64,000 nt of DNA from Verrucomicrobiota bacterium. GTDB lineage: Bacteria; Chlamydiota; Chlamydiia; Chlamydiales; SM23-39. The translations under genes and the position numbers were made by a program. How positions within the stretch are numbered: position 1 is the stretch's first letter; the number at the start of each line of letters is the position of its first letter. Shown here in pieces: positions 1 through 10,500 of this stretch. The notes beneath the pieces are model-generated. The model saw only the letters and a list, made by a program, of their open reading frames with translations. It was not told the DNA's origin and searched no databases. The stretch lies in the NCBI GenBank assembly GCA_028873375.1, contig JAGWKU010000001.1:11763-75762 (forward strand). Reading direction: 5' to 3'.

Positions 1-468
1 GCCGGGATCGTTCATCGCGTGGAACTAGAAACCATGTATGATTTTCTTTGGGGACTGGGAGCACGGGCGATTCTTTACGAGTGGGGGAATGTTTGTTTAG
101 GTGTTGGGGGGCGTTATGAGCAGTCGGATTACGGCCCTGTTTGGATGACGGTCGATGGGGCTGCTAAATCGGCCAATGGGACTCTTCTTCATTGGAGCGA
201 GTGGCAAATTGATCTCGCCATTTCTTATGCGATTGATATTTTTACTCCTTATTTAGGGGTGACTTATACCAATGCCAAGGCAACATTAGGAACCTTTACT
301 ATGGCTATTGCGGGGGACGACTCAGGGAATAATAGCTTCAAAAATCGAACTCCCGTAGGAGTTTGCATCGGATGCTCCTTAAGCACAAGTAAGTTTTTCA
401 TGCTCAACGTAGAAGGACGCCTCATTGACGAAGAAGCTGTTACTATTTCAGGCGACTTTAGGTTTTGA
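1..468 (+). CDS. MOMP-family outer-membrane beta-barrel protein, C-terminal part (gene begins upstream of the window)
   Basis: Frame 1 is open from base 1. The C-terminus (..EWQIDLAISY..FTPYLGVTY..RLIDEEAVTISGDFRF) matches the conserved C-terminal signature of chlamydial major outer membrane protein (EWQ..LSY..FTPYIGV..RLIDERAAHVNAQFRF). A terminal aromatic residue is typical of OM beta-barrels. Confidence 0.75.
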   Translation, partial: AGIVHRVELETMYDFLWGLGARAILYEWGNVCLGVGGRYEQSDYGPVWMTVDGAAKSANGTLLHWSEWQIDLAISYAIDIFTPYLGVTYTNAKATLGTFTMAIAGDDSGNNSFKNRTPVGVCIGCSLSTSKFFMLNVEGRLIDEEAVTISGDFRF

Positions 469-1195
469 AATTCTTTTCTGCCTTTTCGCAAACAAAATCG
501 AGGCTGTTCCTGTTGGGAATCCCGCTTCGCCGGCCATTCTTCAGGAAGGAATTTTTCTCTCTGATGCAGGGTGGACTCAACCAAGGCTGGGCTTCCTCGA
601 AGATTTTACCCTCAATCATCCCTTAGCCGGTGACTCTCTTCACGCCGTTTCTGCCGAAGGTTTTTCGGCAGCTGGAGCCTTGATTTGGTCTCTTTTTGAA
701 AGGCTTGATCTCTCTCTTTTACTAGGAAGCGGGAACTATTATTTCCAGATGGTTCAAGGCGATGAGGCTCTTACAGCCCAAGTGAATGGAGGGTTGATTT
801 GGTATGGAGAGGCGAGGCTGGTCCTTTTAGAAGTAGAAGATACGACCTTCAGTGCCTTTGGAGAAGCTGGCGGATGGAATTGGATGAGAGGTCCTTTCTA
901 TATCGATAGTCACCCTGTTGCCAACAGAGCTGCTTTGAAAATGAGATTTTGGGAGGTCGGCGTAACGCTTTCTCAACAGGTGGGTCTCTTTTCTCCTTAC
1001 GGTGGAGTAGTTGTCATGCAATCTCGCTGGAAAATGTCGGAGACCAATACGGGGATCTATTACTTTCATCAAAAATATCCTGTCGGTCCATTGCTAGGCT
1101 GTACGATCAGCAAGTCTTCGAAAATTCTTTTAAATCTCGAGTGGCGTGGCTGGATAGAAAATGCGTTCACTCTTTCTGGCGAGTTGCGCTTTTAG
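425..1195 (+). CDS. MOMP-family outer-membrane protein paralog
   Basis: Predicted signal peptide MTKKLLLFQATLGFEILFCLFANKIEA, then VPVGNPASPAIL, which resembles the mature MOMP N-terminus LPVGNPAEPSLM. C-terminal ...FTLSGELRF. The TTG start at 425 overlaps the upstream paralog by 44 nt, so the start is uncertain. Confidence 0.7.
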   Translation: MTKKLLLFQATLGFEILFCLFANKIEAVPVGNPASPAILQEGIFLSDAGWTQPRLGFLEDFTLNHPLAGDSLHAVSAEGFSAAGALIWSLFERLDLSLLLGSGNYYFQMVQGDEALTAQVNGGLIWYGEARLVLLEVEDTTFSAFGEAGGWNWMRGPFYIDSHPVANRAALKMRFWEVGVTLSQQVGLFSPYGGVVVMQSRWKMSETNTGIYYFHQKYPVGPLLGCTISKSSKILLNLEWRGWIENAFTLSGELRF

Positions 1196-1254
1196 CTTTT
1201 GCTTTTTAATTCGACAATCTCTTATCCTATTTAGGTTCATCAATAGGCTTTTTT

Positions 1255-2541
1255 ATGAATCGTTGGATTTTGTTCTCTGCTTCTTGTTTCACTTCCCTCC
1301 TTGCTGCTCAACAAGCCGCTATGCCTCTTCCTATGAATCAGGTGGCTCAAGTTGCCGATGTTCAATATCAAGAGAAACAAGAAGAAAGCGACATGGACGC
1401 CCTCCGTCGCTGGTTACAAGACAAACGTTTTATCAGCTTGAAAGAAACTGGTGGCGATCTCACGATCAGCGGAGAAGTTCGCACCGAATGCCAATACATC
1501 AATGAAAAATCAAAAGCGCAAGGTTCCTCTCAGTACATTCAACAAAGAGGCCAGGGATCTCCTTTAGATAAGCCGAATTTAGTATGGGACGTGGAATTCA
1601 ACTTGATTCTCGACTATCGCTCAGACCGCGCCTGGGCTGCAATGAAATTGGAATTCGATAACGACATGGGAACAAGAAGCGGAACGGTGAATAAGATCCG
1701 CTTAGAAAAGGCCTATCTTGGTGGACGCCTCATTGCGGGCGATACGCTGACCTGGGACGCCGAAATTGGCCGCCGTTATTTGTCTAATGCTTTCGATTCT
1801 AAAATCGAGTTTGGCTCTCTCTTTGATGGCTTGCTTTTCCGCTTTGGTAAGGCGTTTGAAGAGATTGGCGACTTCTATGCAAATCTGGCTGCTTTTCTCA
1901 TCGATGACCGAAACAATAGTTACGGCGAAGTGATGGAGTTAGGAGCGTTAGGTGTTGCTAATACAGGTCTTAACTTGAAATATTCGATCATTAATTGGTT
2001 CAAGCCTGGTATCGACTCAGACAACCCGAATCGATGGAGATTCCTTGTAAATCAATTTTTGGTCTCTTATCAGATGTATCCAGAATGGCTGGGCAAACGC
2101 TACATCAAGTTCTACGGAGCAGGCCTCTTTAACGCATTAGCTCAAGATGTAGTTCAGACTGGGTATAACAAACAGCAATCTGGTTGGTATCTCGGTACTT
2201 CGATTGGAGTTGTAAAAAAAGCGAGAGACTGGGCCGTCGATGTTAACTTTCAGTGGGTCCAAGCACAAGCGATTCCCGATGCCGATGTCTCCGGAATTGG
2301 TCGAGGAAATGCAGCAGGAGTCGGCTTCTATAGCAACCCTATTTCTGGCGGCGCTCCCACAACTCAATCAACAGCGGTAGGGAACTGCAATTATTACGGA
2401 ATGGAAATTGAAGCTCTCTATGCCTTTACCGACAATCTCACATTGCTTCAGAACCTCAAATGGGCCAACACGTTGGATACTGACATTGGACCTAATTTGA
2501 AATACAAGCAGTGGGAAATTGAGTTTATCTACGCTTTCTAA
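1255..2541 (+). CDS. putative outer-membrane porin (beta-barrel)
   Basis: ATG at 1255. Signal peptide MNRWILFSASCFTSLLAAQQ, alternating beta-strand-like sequence, and a C-terminal ...WEIEFIYAF ending in an aromatic residue. It is the third of three tandem OMP genes. Confidence 0.6.
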   Translation: MNRWILFSASCFTSLLAAQQAAMPLPMNQVAQVADVQYQEKQEESDMDALRRWLQDKRFISLKETGGDLTISGEVRTECQYINEKSKAQGSSQYIQQRGQGSPLDKPNLVWDVEFNLILDYRSDRAWAAMKLEFDNDMGTRSGTVNKIRLEKAYLGGRLIAGDTLTWDAEIGRRYLSNAFDSKIEFGSLFDGLLFRFGKAFEEIGDFYANLAAFLIDDRNNSYGEVMELGALGVANTGLNLKYSIINWFKPGIDSDNPNRWRFLVNQFLVSYQMYPEWLGKRYIKFYGAGLFNALAQDVVQTGYNKQQSGWYLGTSIGVVKKARDWAVDVNFQWVQAQAIPDADVSGIGRGNAAGVGFYSNPISGGAPTTQSTAVGNCNYYGMEIEALYAFTDNLTLLQNLKWANTLDTDIGPNLKYKQWEIEFIYAF

Positions 2542-2555
2542 GAACCCAAATCATT

Positions 2556-2575
2556 CCCCGTCCTTTAGGGCGGGG
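2556..2575. terminator. GC-rich hairpin between convergent genes (possible bidirectional terminator)
   Basis: ccccgtcc-ttta-gggcgggg forms an 8-bp stem (one G-U) with a 4-nt loop. It lies 15 nt after the porin stop and 16 nt after the stop of the minus-strand MFS gene. The flanking T/A tracts are weak. Confidence 0.4.
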
Positions 2576-2590
2576 TTCATCTGGATAGGT

Positions 2591-4321
2591 TCAAGCTTCT
2601 TTCGAAAAATTGAGCGCGATCTGTTTTTGATACCACTTGAAAAAGAGGAATCGTTTGGAGATCCGCTCTTTTTTTCCATGTACAAAAGCAATCGAATAGT
2701 TCATTTTTACAAACGCTTTTTTGTACATTTCGATCATTTCACGACTATCTGTCCGTCGATGAAGAAAGAGGCAAACTGAGTTATTCTTGGCTTGAAATTT
2801 TTCAATTTGATCAAAGAGCTTTCTAAGAGCGCGGCGCTCTCTGAGTTCTGGTGGCACAATTCGAATGGAATCGATGAAGCCATTGACCCAGGGAAATTTC
2901 TTGAAATAAGCATCTGGCAGTAAGATTTTTAAATTAGGCAGACACGAAGAAAGTAGAATCGCATCCCACCATGAGTTGCTTTGCAAGACGACCAATGTAG
3001 AAAGAGGTGGGATTGGAGAAGTGAGAATCAGTCGCCGAAATCTTTTCAAAATTTTCTTCACGAAGAAGGGAAAAAAAAGGGAAGAGAGGCGACCTGCCAT
3101 GATCAAATTGATGAAGAAAGCAAAGATGCCCATTAAAAAGAAACCGCTAGAAGCCGAAAACCCCAATTCTTCGCTGATAAAATAAAGGCAGAAAGCAGCC
3201 ATCAACACACCAAGAAAACTACAGAAATTCGCTGTAGCGATCACTTGTCCTCGTTTTTCATCTGGGCTGTGAACCTGGATGAATGCATCAAAAGGGATCA
3301 AATAAGCACCCCCAAACATTCCCAACAAACCGAGCCAGATAATGGTCATGATGAGAGAAGAAGAGGTCAAGTGAAGGGCCATGAGGAAAAGAGCGAGAAA
3401 AAAACCTGCAATGCAAGAAAGGCCTGGTTCTACTTTGTCTTTGGAAAGCTGGCCTGCCAATACAGCTCCTATAGCAATTCCCACTGCGGTCGAAAGAAAG
3501 AGATACCCTCCGCCTACTTCGCTCAAATTGAGTGATTGCATCGCAAAAGGGATGATGTTTAATTGCGTAAACGCTCCACAAAAGAGAAAAAAGGAAGTTC
3601 CAAAGATTGCTGGCAGTAGATGGGGAATTTGCCAGCTCATTCGCAACGTGTCATAAATTTCGTAAAGGAAAAAAGGATTGATCTTTTTAGGAGAATTTTG
3701 AGGGGCAGTGCGACCGATTCCTAGAGAGGCGACAAGACCTGCCACCGCAATGAGAACGCAAAAAATAGCCTCCAGAATAAAATTTTTATCCGTGATGTCG
3801 ACTATGAAAGAGGCCAAAAAAGTGCCTAAAATAATCGCCAGATATGTCAAAGAGGTCATCGAGGCGTTGGCTTTAGAGACCATTTTCGATTCTACCAGCT
3901 CAGGAATGACGCCATACTTAGAGGGGCCAAAAAGAGCGCTTTGGGCGGCCATGAAAAAAAGGGCCGTATAGGTGCCGATATGAGATTCAAAATAAACAGC
4001 GGCCAATCCAAATACCATAATGAGCAGCTCGAGAATTTTGGCAAATACGATGATCGTTCGCTTACTGATCCGATCTGCTAAAACACCTGCTCCGGCAGAA
4101 AAGAGAAGAAAAGGAATTACAAAGATTGCGCCCGCTAAAGAGAGAATTGTATTAGCGGAAGCGGGACCTTCTATATTGATGAGAAAATAAATAACGAGAA
4201 GTTTGAAAATATTATCATTGAGAGCGCCCAAAAATTGCGTCACATTCAAAAGATAAAAAGAGCGATAATCGGTATGAAAGAACCAACGCAATGCCGCCTC
4301 TTTTTTTATTTTAGGGCTCAA
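2591..4321 (-). CDS. MFS transporter (LplT-like) fused to a C-terminal PlsC/Aas-like acyltransferase-like domain
   Basis: About 400 aa of 12-TM MFS-like sequence are followed by a roughly 170-aa region that aligns by eye to the E. coli Aas acyltransferase block (VLITPNHVSFIDGILL versus LVVLQSNSWWDAILL). TTG start. Confidence 0.65.
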   Translation of the reverse strand: MSPKIKKEAALRWFFHTDYRSFYLLNVTQFLGALNDNIFKLLVIYFLINIEGPASANTILSLAGAIFVIPFLLFSAGAGVLADRISKRTIIVFAKILELLIMVFGLAAVYFESHIGTYTALFFMAAQSALFGPSKYGVIPELVESKMVSKANASMTSLTYLAIILGTFLASFIVDITDKNFILEAIFCVLIAVAGLVASLGIGRTAPQNSPKKINPFFLYEIYDTLRMSWQIPHLLPAIFGTSFFLFCGAFTQLNIIPFAMQSLNLSEVGGGYLFLSTAVGIAIGAVLAGQLSKDKVEPGLSCIAGFFLALFLMALHLTSSSLIMTIIWLGLLGMFGGAYLIPFDAFIQVHSPDEKRGQVIATANFCSFLGVLMAAFCLYFISEELGFSASSGFFLMGIFAFFINLIMAGRLSSLFFPFFVKKILKRFRRLILTSPIPPLSTLVVLQSNSWWDAILLSSCLPNLKILLPDAYFKKFPWVNGFIDSIRIVPPELRERRALRKLFDQIEKFQAKNNSVCLFLHRRTDSREMIEMYKKAFVKMNYSIAFVHGKKERISKRFLFFKWYQKQIALNFSKEA

Positions 4322-4557
4322 TCAAAGTTAAAGATATCTGAGGCAGTTGCAAAACTCATTTGACCGTTAAAACCGCCCTTTTGAGGCCATTTGCGTCCAT
4401 TCTCCTCAGTCGGCCCGCTTGGGCTGACCTCGTCAAATGGACCGTGGTGGCTTTGCCACCACTCGCAAATGACCTCAAAATCATCGATTTTCCCGGGCAA
4501 AGCAGTTTTGCAACTGCCTCGTCTTTGTAGATTATCCGCTCTCTCGAGCATTTTCAA
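4318..4557 (-). CDS. hypothetical small protein (79 aa)
   Basis: Its TGA stop overlaps the TTG start of the downstream MFS gene (TTGA overlap), which suggests translational coupling. I recognise no family. It lies opposite only the non-coding 5' extension of the recC ORF. Confidence 0.4.
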   Translation of the reverse strand: MKMLERADNLQRRGSCKTALPGKIDDFEVICEWWQSHHGPFDEVSPSGPTEENGRKWPQKGGFNGQMSFATASDIFNFD

Positions 4558-4606
4558 TAGGAATGATTTGCTTTCGCATGCTAAATTTTGCCATACTCCA
4601 TCTTTT

Positions 4607-7564
4607 ATGTCGGAGCAGATTCTTCTCTTTAGTCATTCTCTCGATCAATTGGTTGATGAGCTAGCAAATCAGCTGGCCCTCACTACTCTTTTTTCGTCTC
4701 CTTTGATCATCATTCCCCACCTTTCCATGAAAGAATGGCTACAAATCGAGCTTGCTAAGCGGGCAAAAAATCGAGGAGTAGCTGCGCTCCATTTTGCTAC
4801 TTGGCAGCAAGGAATTCAACGGTTGACAGAGCCATTGCCAACTCCAAGTCGGGCTGAATTATTTGCGGCGATTTGGATAGCCTTAAAAGAGGAGCCGCCT
4901 ATTCAGTGCCAACCTTTTTTAGCGACTCAGCGAAAAATGCTCGATTTTGCAAATCGCTTGGCCGCTGAATTTTGGGAAGGCAGCTTGTATGGGTTCGTAC
5001 AAGAAGAGAGTTGGCAGAAACTTTTTTTTGATAAAATTTTCAAAATCCATCACTGGCTACCTCTTTATCTTGCAATAGAACAAGCGCCAATCGATGATTC
5101 AACACCTCTTTTTCTCTTTGGAATCGATTTTTTGCCTTCCGCCGTGCATCAATTTTTTTGGAAGCATCCAACCTTGAATGTCTTTCGCTTTTCTCCCTGC
5201 GCTATGTTTTGGGAAGACATTCGCTCAGTTTCTGAACAGAAATCCATCTTGCGCCAATGGAAACGGAAAAGGGTCTCATTGAACCGTTTAGAGTCGCTCG
5301 AGGGATTGCTTCGCGAAGGTCAACCACTTCTTGCTAACTGGGGTTTTATCGGTCGCAAAATGTTGGGACAACCTATCGAAGAAGAGGTTCAAGTTTTTGA
5401 AAATTATGAACTTAGAGACAAATGTAAAGCGGCTTTACATTTAATTCAGGAAGATTTTTTGTTACTGCAAACGAGAGAATCAACCCCTTTAGATGACTCG
5501 ATTCAATTGATCCAGGCGGGAGCTTCTAAACTGCGCGAAATCGAACTGCTTCGGGATGAGGTGATCCGTTTAGCGGCTAACGGCTTCTCTTTCTCTGAAG
5601 TGCGGGTTTATGCGCCTGACATCGATGTATATGCCCCTCTGATCCAATTTGTGTTTAGTGATCCTATTCAGTCCATTCCGTTTCGCATTGCGGGACTTAA
5701 CCTCTCTTGTCAAAGCCCCTTTTATCAAGCGCTCACTCGTTTATTTGACTGTGTAACCGGTCGATGGAGTGCGAAGGATTTGCTCGTCCTTTTCGAGAAT
5801 CCCTCTTTTGCTTGTAAAGCCAGTTGGAAAGAGGAGGATTTAGAGCAATTGCGCTCGTGGGTTGAGTATGCGCATGTTCGCTGGGGAATCGATGGGGCTC
5901 ATAGAAATGAGATTGGAGCTGAAAATGTCGAAGCTCCCACTTCTTCTTTAGGTAGTTGGGAAGAAGGTTTTGATCGCTTGATCGATGGATGGCTCTTTTT
6001 GCGTCCGGAGCGCGAGGATTTTATCCAGTGGAGCAATGCTGATTTATTTCAACATTTCTGCAATGTATTCCATGGATTGCGGAGCACGCTGGCTCCTTGG
6101 AAAAGAGAGCGCTCATTGAAAGAGTGGGCCGATGAAATTTCTGAATTAGCGACTGCCTACCTTGTTTTAAACGAGGACTTGGAATCAGATACAGCGGCGC
6201 ACAAGGATTTCTTTCGTTTTTTAGAAACTCTGCGTCATGCCCAAGAGGCCTTTCCTAATCAGACATTTCCCTTTTCGTGGGTTCGAACTTTGTTCTCTCC
6301 TTCTACTCTAGGTACCCAGGGAAGATCTCTTTTGCATGGCGTTTCATTTGCCTCTCTTGAACCAGGTGCTGTTTTGCCTGCTCGGGCTCTATTTTTGATT
6401 GGTTTAGATGAAGAGAGCTTTCCTCGAGCACCCTCTTTTCTCCGCTCTACAGAGGCGCCGCAGCAAAATCAATGGGATCGCTATCTATTTTTAGAAGCAG
6501 TATTCGCAGCCAAAGAGCGGCTGATTTTTAGTTATTGCCACCGCTCTAAAGAGGATGGTAAAGCCGTCAGTCCTTCTCTTCTGATTCAAGAGCTTTATAG
6601 CTATTTGAATGCCTCTTTACCGGAGGTAGCTCCTCCCGCGTCTTCGATTGATCCGCGTTGCTTTACAGGAAATGGCGCCTCTCTTTCTGATTACCACGTC
6701 GCTCAAGCAGCTCTCTCACCAACTCCTCATGCTCTGTTTTCTAATATGGAGAAAGTGCCAGACGAGGCGATGCCTTCTCATGCAACGCTGACTCTCGGAG
6801 AGCTCAATCGTTTCATGAGGCATCCGTGGCAGAATTATTTACAGGAAATCGTCGGCCTAGAATTCAAAGAAGAGAGCGAATCAGAATGGAAAGACTTTGA
6901 ATTTTCTCCTCTTTTTCAACATCGCTTCCTTCAAAAAGCTTTGCAAGGTCAACCAATAGAAACAGGATTTCCATTGGGGCTTTTGGGAGAAGAGGCAAAA
7001 CGTTCGATGGAAGAGAAGGTTCGTGAATACAAAGCTCGCTTGCGAGAATGGAATATCTCTTCGATGAGCGAAAGAAAGGGAAAGCTAGTTTTGAAATGGG
7101 AAACATCCACCATTCGCTTGATTGGATCTGCTTCATTGGCAGTACCAGATGGCTTGCTTTACATTGGCGACGATTCGATTCGAGGAATGCTTCGGAGGTG
7201 GCCTGAACTTCTTTTTAGTTTAGCATACAGTGAGACCCGTCGTATTTATTGTATGCGGAGCGGTCGAGTGAGAGAAGTAATAGAACCGCTTTCTTCCCTC
7301 CAGGCGATTGTAGAACTCTATTATCGATGCCGTTTTTTACCTCTTTTTTTACATCCCGATTGGGCCGATGAATTGCTACGCAAAGGAGTCTCTCCCGATC
7401 GAGACTGTGACGATCCTCTTCTCGAATGGACTTTGGAAAGAAGCTCCTCGTTTGATTTGCAAAAAGAACAAATTACTTGGAGAGAAACGTTAGAAAAGAC
7501 CTTCACCTCTTTGATTTCTTTATTCCCCACTCGAAAATCGAGAGGTGCTCATGCAGAAGTTTGA
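4607..7564 (+). CDS. recC: exodeoxyribonuclease V gamma subunit RecC
   Basis: ATG at 4607 (MSEQILLFSHSLDQLVDEL..) parallels the E. coli RecC N-terminus (MLRVYHSNRLDVLEAL..). LFLFGIDFLPSAV...FSPCAMFWEDI parallels VFICGISALPPVY...TNPCRYYWGDI. The gene overlaps recB, and the order is recC-recB-recD. Confidence 0.7.
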   Translation: MSEQILLFSHSLDQLVDELANQLALTTLFSSPLIIIPHLSMKEWLQIELAKRAKNRGVAALHFATWQQGIQRLTEPLPTPSRAELFAAIWIALKEEPPIQCQPFLATQRKMLDFANRLAAEFWEGSLYGFVQEESWQKLFFDKIFKIHHWLPLYLAIEQAPIDDSTPLFLFGIDFLPSAVHQFFWKHPTLNVFRFSPCAMFWEDIRSVSEQKSILRQWKRKRVSLNRLESLEGLLREGQPLLANWGFIGRKMLGQPIEEEVQVFENYELRDKCKAALHLIQEDFLLLQTRESTPLDDSIQLIQAGASKLREIELLRDEVIRLAANGFSFSEVRVYAPDIDVYAPLIQFVFSDPIQSIPFRIAGLNLSCQSPFYQALTRLFDCVTGRWSAKDLLVLFENPSFACKASWKEEDLEQLRSWVEYAHVRWGIDGAHRNEIGAENVEAPTSSLGSWEEGFDRLIDGWLFLRPEREDFIQWSNADLFQHFCNVFHGLRSTLAPWKRERSLKEWADEISELATAYLVLNEDLESDTAAHKDFFRFLETLRHAQEAFPNQTFPFSWVRTLFSPSTLGTQGRSLLHGVSFASLEPGAVLPARALFLIGLDEESFPRAPSFLRSTEAPQQNQWDRYLFLEAVFAAKERLIFSYCHRSKEDGKAVSPSLLIQELYSYLNASLPEVAPPASSIDPRCFTGNGASLSDYHVAQAALSPTPHALFSNMEKVPDEAMPSHATLTLGELNRFMRHPWQNYLQEIVGLEFKEESESEWKDFEFSPLFQHRFLQKALQGQPIETGFPLGLLGEEAKRSMEEKVREYKARLREWNISSMSERKGKLVLKWETSTIRLIGSASLAVPDGLLYIGDDSIRGMLRRWPELLFSLAYSETRRIYCMRSGRVREVIEPLSSLQAIVELYYRCRFLPLFLHPDWADELLRKGVSPDRDCDDPLLEWTLERSSSFDLQKEQITWRETLEKTFTSLISLFPTRKSRGAHAEV
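5420..5442. repeat. palindromic repeat copy 1 (aaatgtaaagc-g-gctttacattt), inside recC
   Basis: Perfect 11-1-11 palindrome read directly from the sequence. It is in frame in recC, encoding KCKAALHL. Confidence 0.95.
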
Positions 7565-10500
7565 TTGCCTTGCAGCCTCGACTCCTGTACTCGGCCCCCA
7601 TTTTCTCGAAGCTTCTGCAGGCACAGGAAAAACCTTTGCGGTCGAACACATCGTTGCGCGGCTTCTGCTGCATGAATCTCCCATGGAACTGGAACAGATT
7701 CTCGTTGTTACGTTTACTCGGGCGGCGGCTCGCGAACTCAAATTGAGGATTCGTTCTAATATAGAGCGGATTGCTCGCGGCCAACTGGTCCCATGGGAAT
7801 ATTTAGCCGCATGCAAGGACCCCTCGTCTGTTCGACAGCGGATGAGCGATGCTTTGGCCGCGTTTGATCGGTGTCAGATCTATACCATTCACGGTTTTTG
7901 CTCTCGGATGCTTCGCGAGTTTTCCTTTGAGGCTGGGATTGGCTTTACATGGAAGGAATCTTTTTCCTCTCCTCGGCTTTTAGCGGCTTTACAAGACTTT
8001 TTTGAGATGAAGCTGTCTAAGGAAGTCGTCAGTCCCGAGCAACTGGGCATTGTTGTTCGATGGGCAGGATCGGTGGAAGAATTGGGTCGCAAGCTCAAAA
8101 AAGCGGCCAAGATAGTGCCTGCAAAATTTTTTCGCGATCGAGAGGAAGAGTTTGCTGCTCTGTTGCAAAGCCGATCTCCTGAAGAATTGATTTCTCTAGC
8201 TCAAGAATTCGAAGCAGTAAAGTCGCTGTACAAAGCTGAAGTGAAAGGAGACTTTAAAGGACAGATAGAAGTTCTGAGCTCGTTCGATTGGGAAGCTGCA
8301 TTTCGAGAGTTGATTCGGCATAAAGGGACTCTTTTTCTCTATCTTGCCCCAGAGAATCGAAAAGTAAATGCAAAGGGATCTATGCCTCATCCTTTTTTCG
8401 ATTGGGGCCGGAAAACCTTATTGCCTCTGATCGAATCGGCGGCAGATCCTCAAGAAATTTTCCAACAGCTTCTTGCGGTTTGGAAACCCATTGAATTTCG
8501 GATTGCACAGGAAGAGGGGATTTTAAATCCCGATCAATTGCTGAGCACTATGGGTTCTGCTATCCAGCAAGAAACTTTTCGAAACAGTGTGCGAGGAAAA
8601 TATCGAGCCGTTCTCATCGATGAATTCCAAGACACCGACCCGATCCAGTGGGATATTTTCCAGGCCTTGTTTCTTCACCAAGTAGAGGCTCTTTATTTGA
8701 TCGGCGATCCCAAACAATCCATTTACCGGTTCCGACAAGCTGATCTCTATACCTATTTAAAAGCAAAAGAGACGATTGCTCCTCATTGTCACTTCCACCT
8801 AGATACCAATTTTCGTTCTTCCAAAGAATTGATTGGGGCTTTGAATCTCCTCTTTGATCGGGAGTGGCTTAAGTTGCCAAAAGAAGGGCGCACACTCCCC
8901 TATCTTCCTGTGCGGGCAGGTTTAGACCTTTCAACTGACTTTAAAGATGGGAAGGGAGCGATCCATTGCCTCTTGTTTCAAGAAGAAATTTCGGAGCTTT
9001 TCCCCTATCTTGTGCAGGAAATTAGAAATCTGAGAGACCAAGTTGTTTCGCTGAGCTCGTTTGCCGTATTGGTCAAAGATCGATACCAAGCAGCCGCTGT
9101 GCAGCAGGCGCTTGCCATTGCTGGAATTTCGAGTATGGCTAAGAGCCAAGAACCTCTTTCTGAAACGCTCGCTTTTGAAGCGATGGAAGAGTTGTTTGAA
9201 GCTCTTCGGGAGCCAAGACATTTAGGGAAAGCGAAGGTTGTTTTAGCAGGCCCTTTTGGAAGATATGCTGCAGAAGAACTACAACGGGTGGAAGAATCTC
9301 CTTTCGTAGAACTGCGGGCTATTCTGGAAGAGAAAGGATGGACAGCGGCTTGCCAAGCCTTTTTAAAAATGCGCTCCAAAGGGAAGACAGTCCAAGAAAA
9401 CATGGCTTTACAAGGCCGCTCCTTCTATGCCGATTGCCACCAAGTCTTTGAAGTTCTTTTAGATTGGGAGCGAAGAGAGGGCTTTTCCTTTGAGGGATTG
9501 GGTCGATTCTTTGATTCTCTTCATCGGATGGATCCTGAAGAAGCGCCTTGCCAGAGGAAAGATTCTGATGCGGAGGCCGTCCAAATCATGACAATGCATG
9601 TGAGCAAGGGGCTGGAATTTGATGTGGTATTTGCATTGGGCTTGGGAACGAGAACTCCAGAGTGTGATGTAGAGGCAGAGGCAGAAAAATTAAGACAGTT
9701 ATATGTAGCGACTACTAGAGCTAAACGGCGGCTTTACATCCCGATCCCTACGAGCTTGAAAAAAGCAGAAATGGGGACTCATGCCCCCATTGAGCTCTTT
9801 TGTGAAACATTGGGATCTTGGAAGGAAGAGCTTCGCCGTTTATCAGGAGAGGCGAGTTTGTCGATCGAAGAATTGCCCTCTCTGGTTGCCGTAACTCCTC
9901 CCTTTCATTTTACTCCTTCTCTTGTTCCTCCTGCCTTCCAGTTACCCTCGGTATCACCTTCCTATCTTCTCTCTTTCACGGCGCTGGCAAAAGAAACTTC
10001 TCTCAAACCTCTGGCTTCTATCGCTGACCCACAAGGAAATTATACAATTCATAATTTACCGAGAGGTCCAGAAACAGGAGTCGTTCTCCACGCGCTTTTT
10101 GAATGGATCTATCAAGAAAAGCAAGCTTGGAAATCTCCTGAACGAATCCAAGAAATCGTAGAGCAAGATCTTCCGGCTCTCTTTTCTCCGTGGAAAAAAG
10201 CGATTCTCCAAATGATCGAAGAGACGCTTACTTTCCGTTTGCCTATGGGGTTTTGCTTGCGCGATGTAAAGCCAGGAAATGTCCTCGTTGAAACAGAGTT
10301 TGTCTTTCAATCGCAGAAGAATTTTCTGACGGGATTCATTGATCTTTTGTTTATTCATGAGGAGAAGGTATATTTCGTTGATTGGAAGACGAATTGGCTT
10401 GGCGAAGATGCAAGCCATTATTCAGAGCCAGAGTTAAAAGCAGCCATTGCTGCGCATCAGTATGACTTGCAAGCTCGCATTTATAGAGAAGCATTAGAAC

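Noticed and set aside
4391-4606. The 72-codon N-terminal extension of the recC ORF in the ORF track (a TTG start at 4391).
   Set aside because: The extension has no RecC-like sequence and overlaps the coupled minus-strand small ORF. The ATG at 4607 yields an N-terminus that parallels E. coli RecC.
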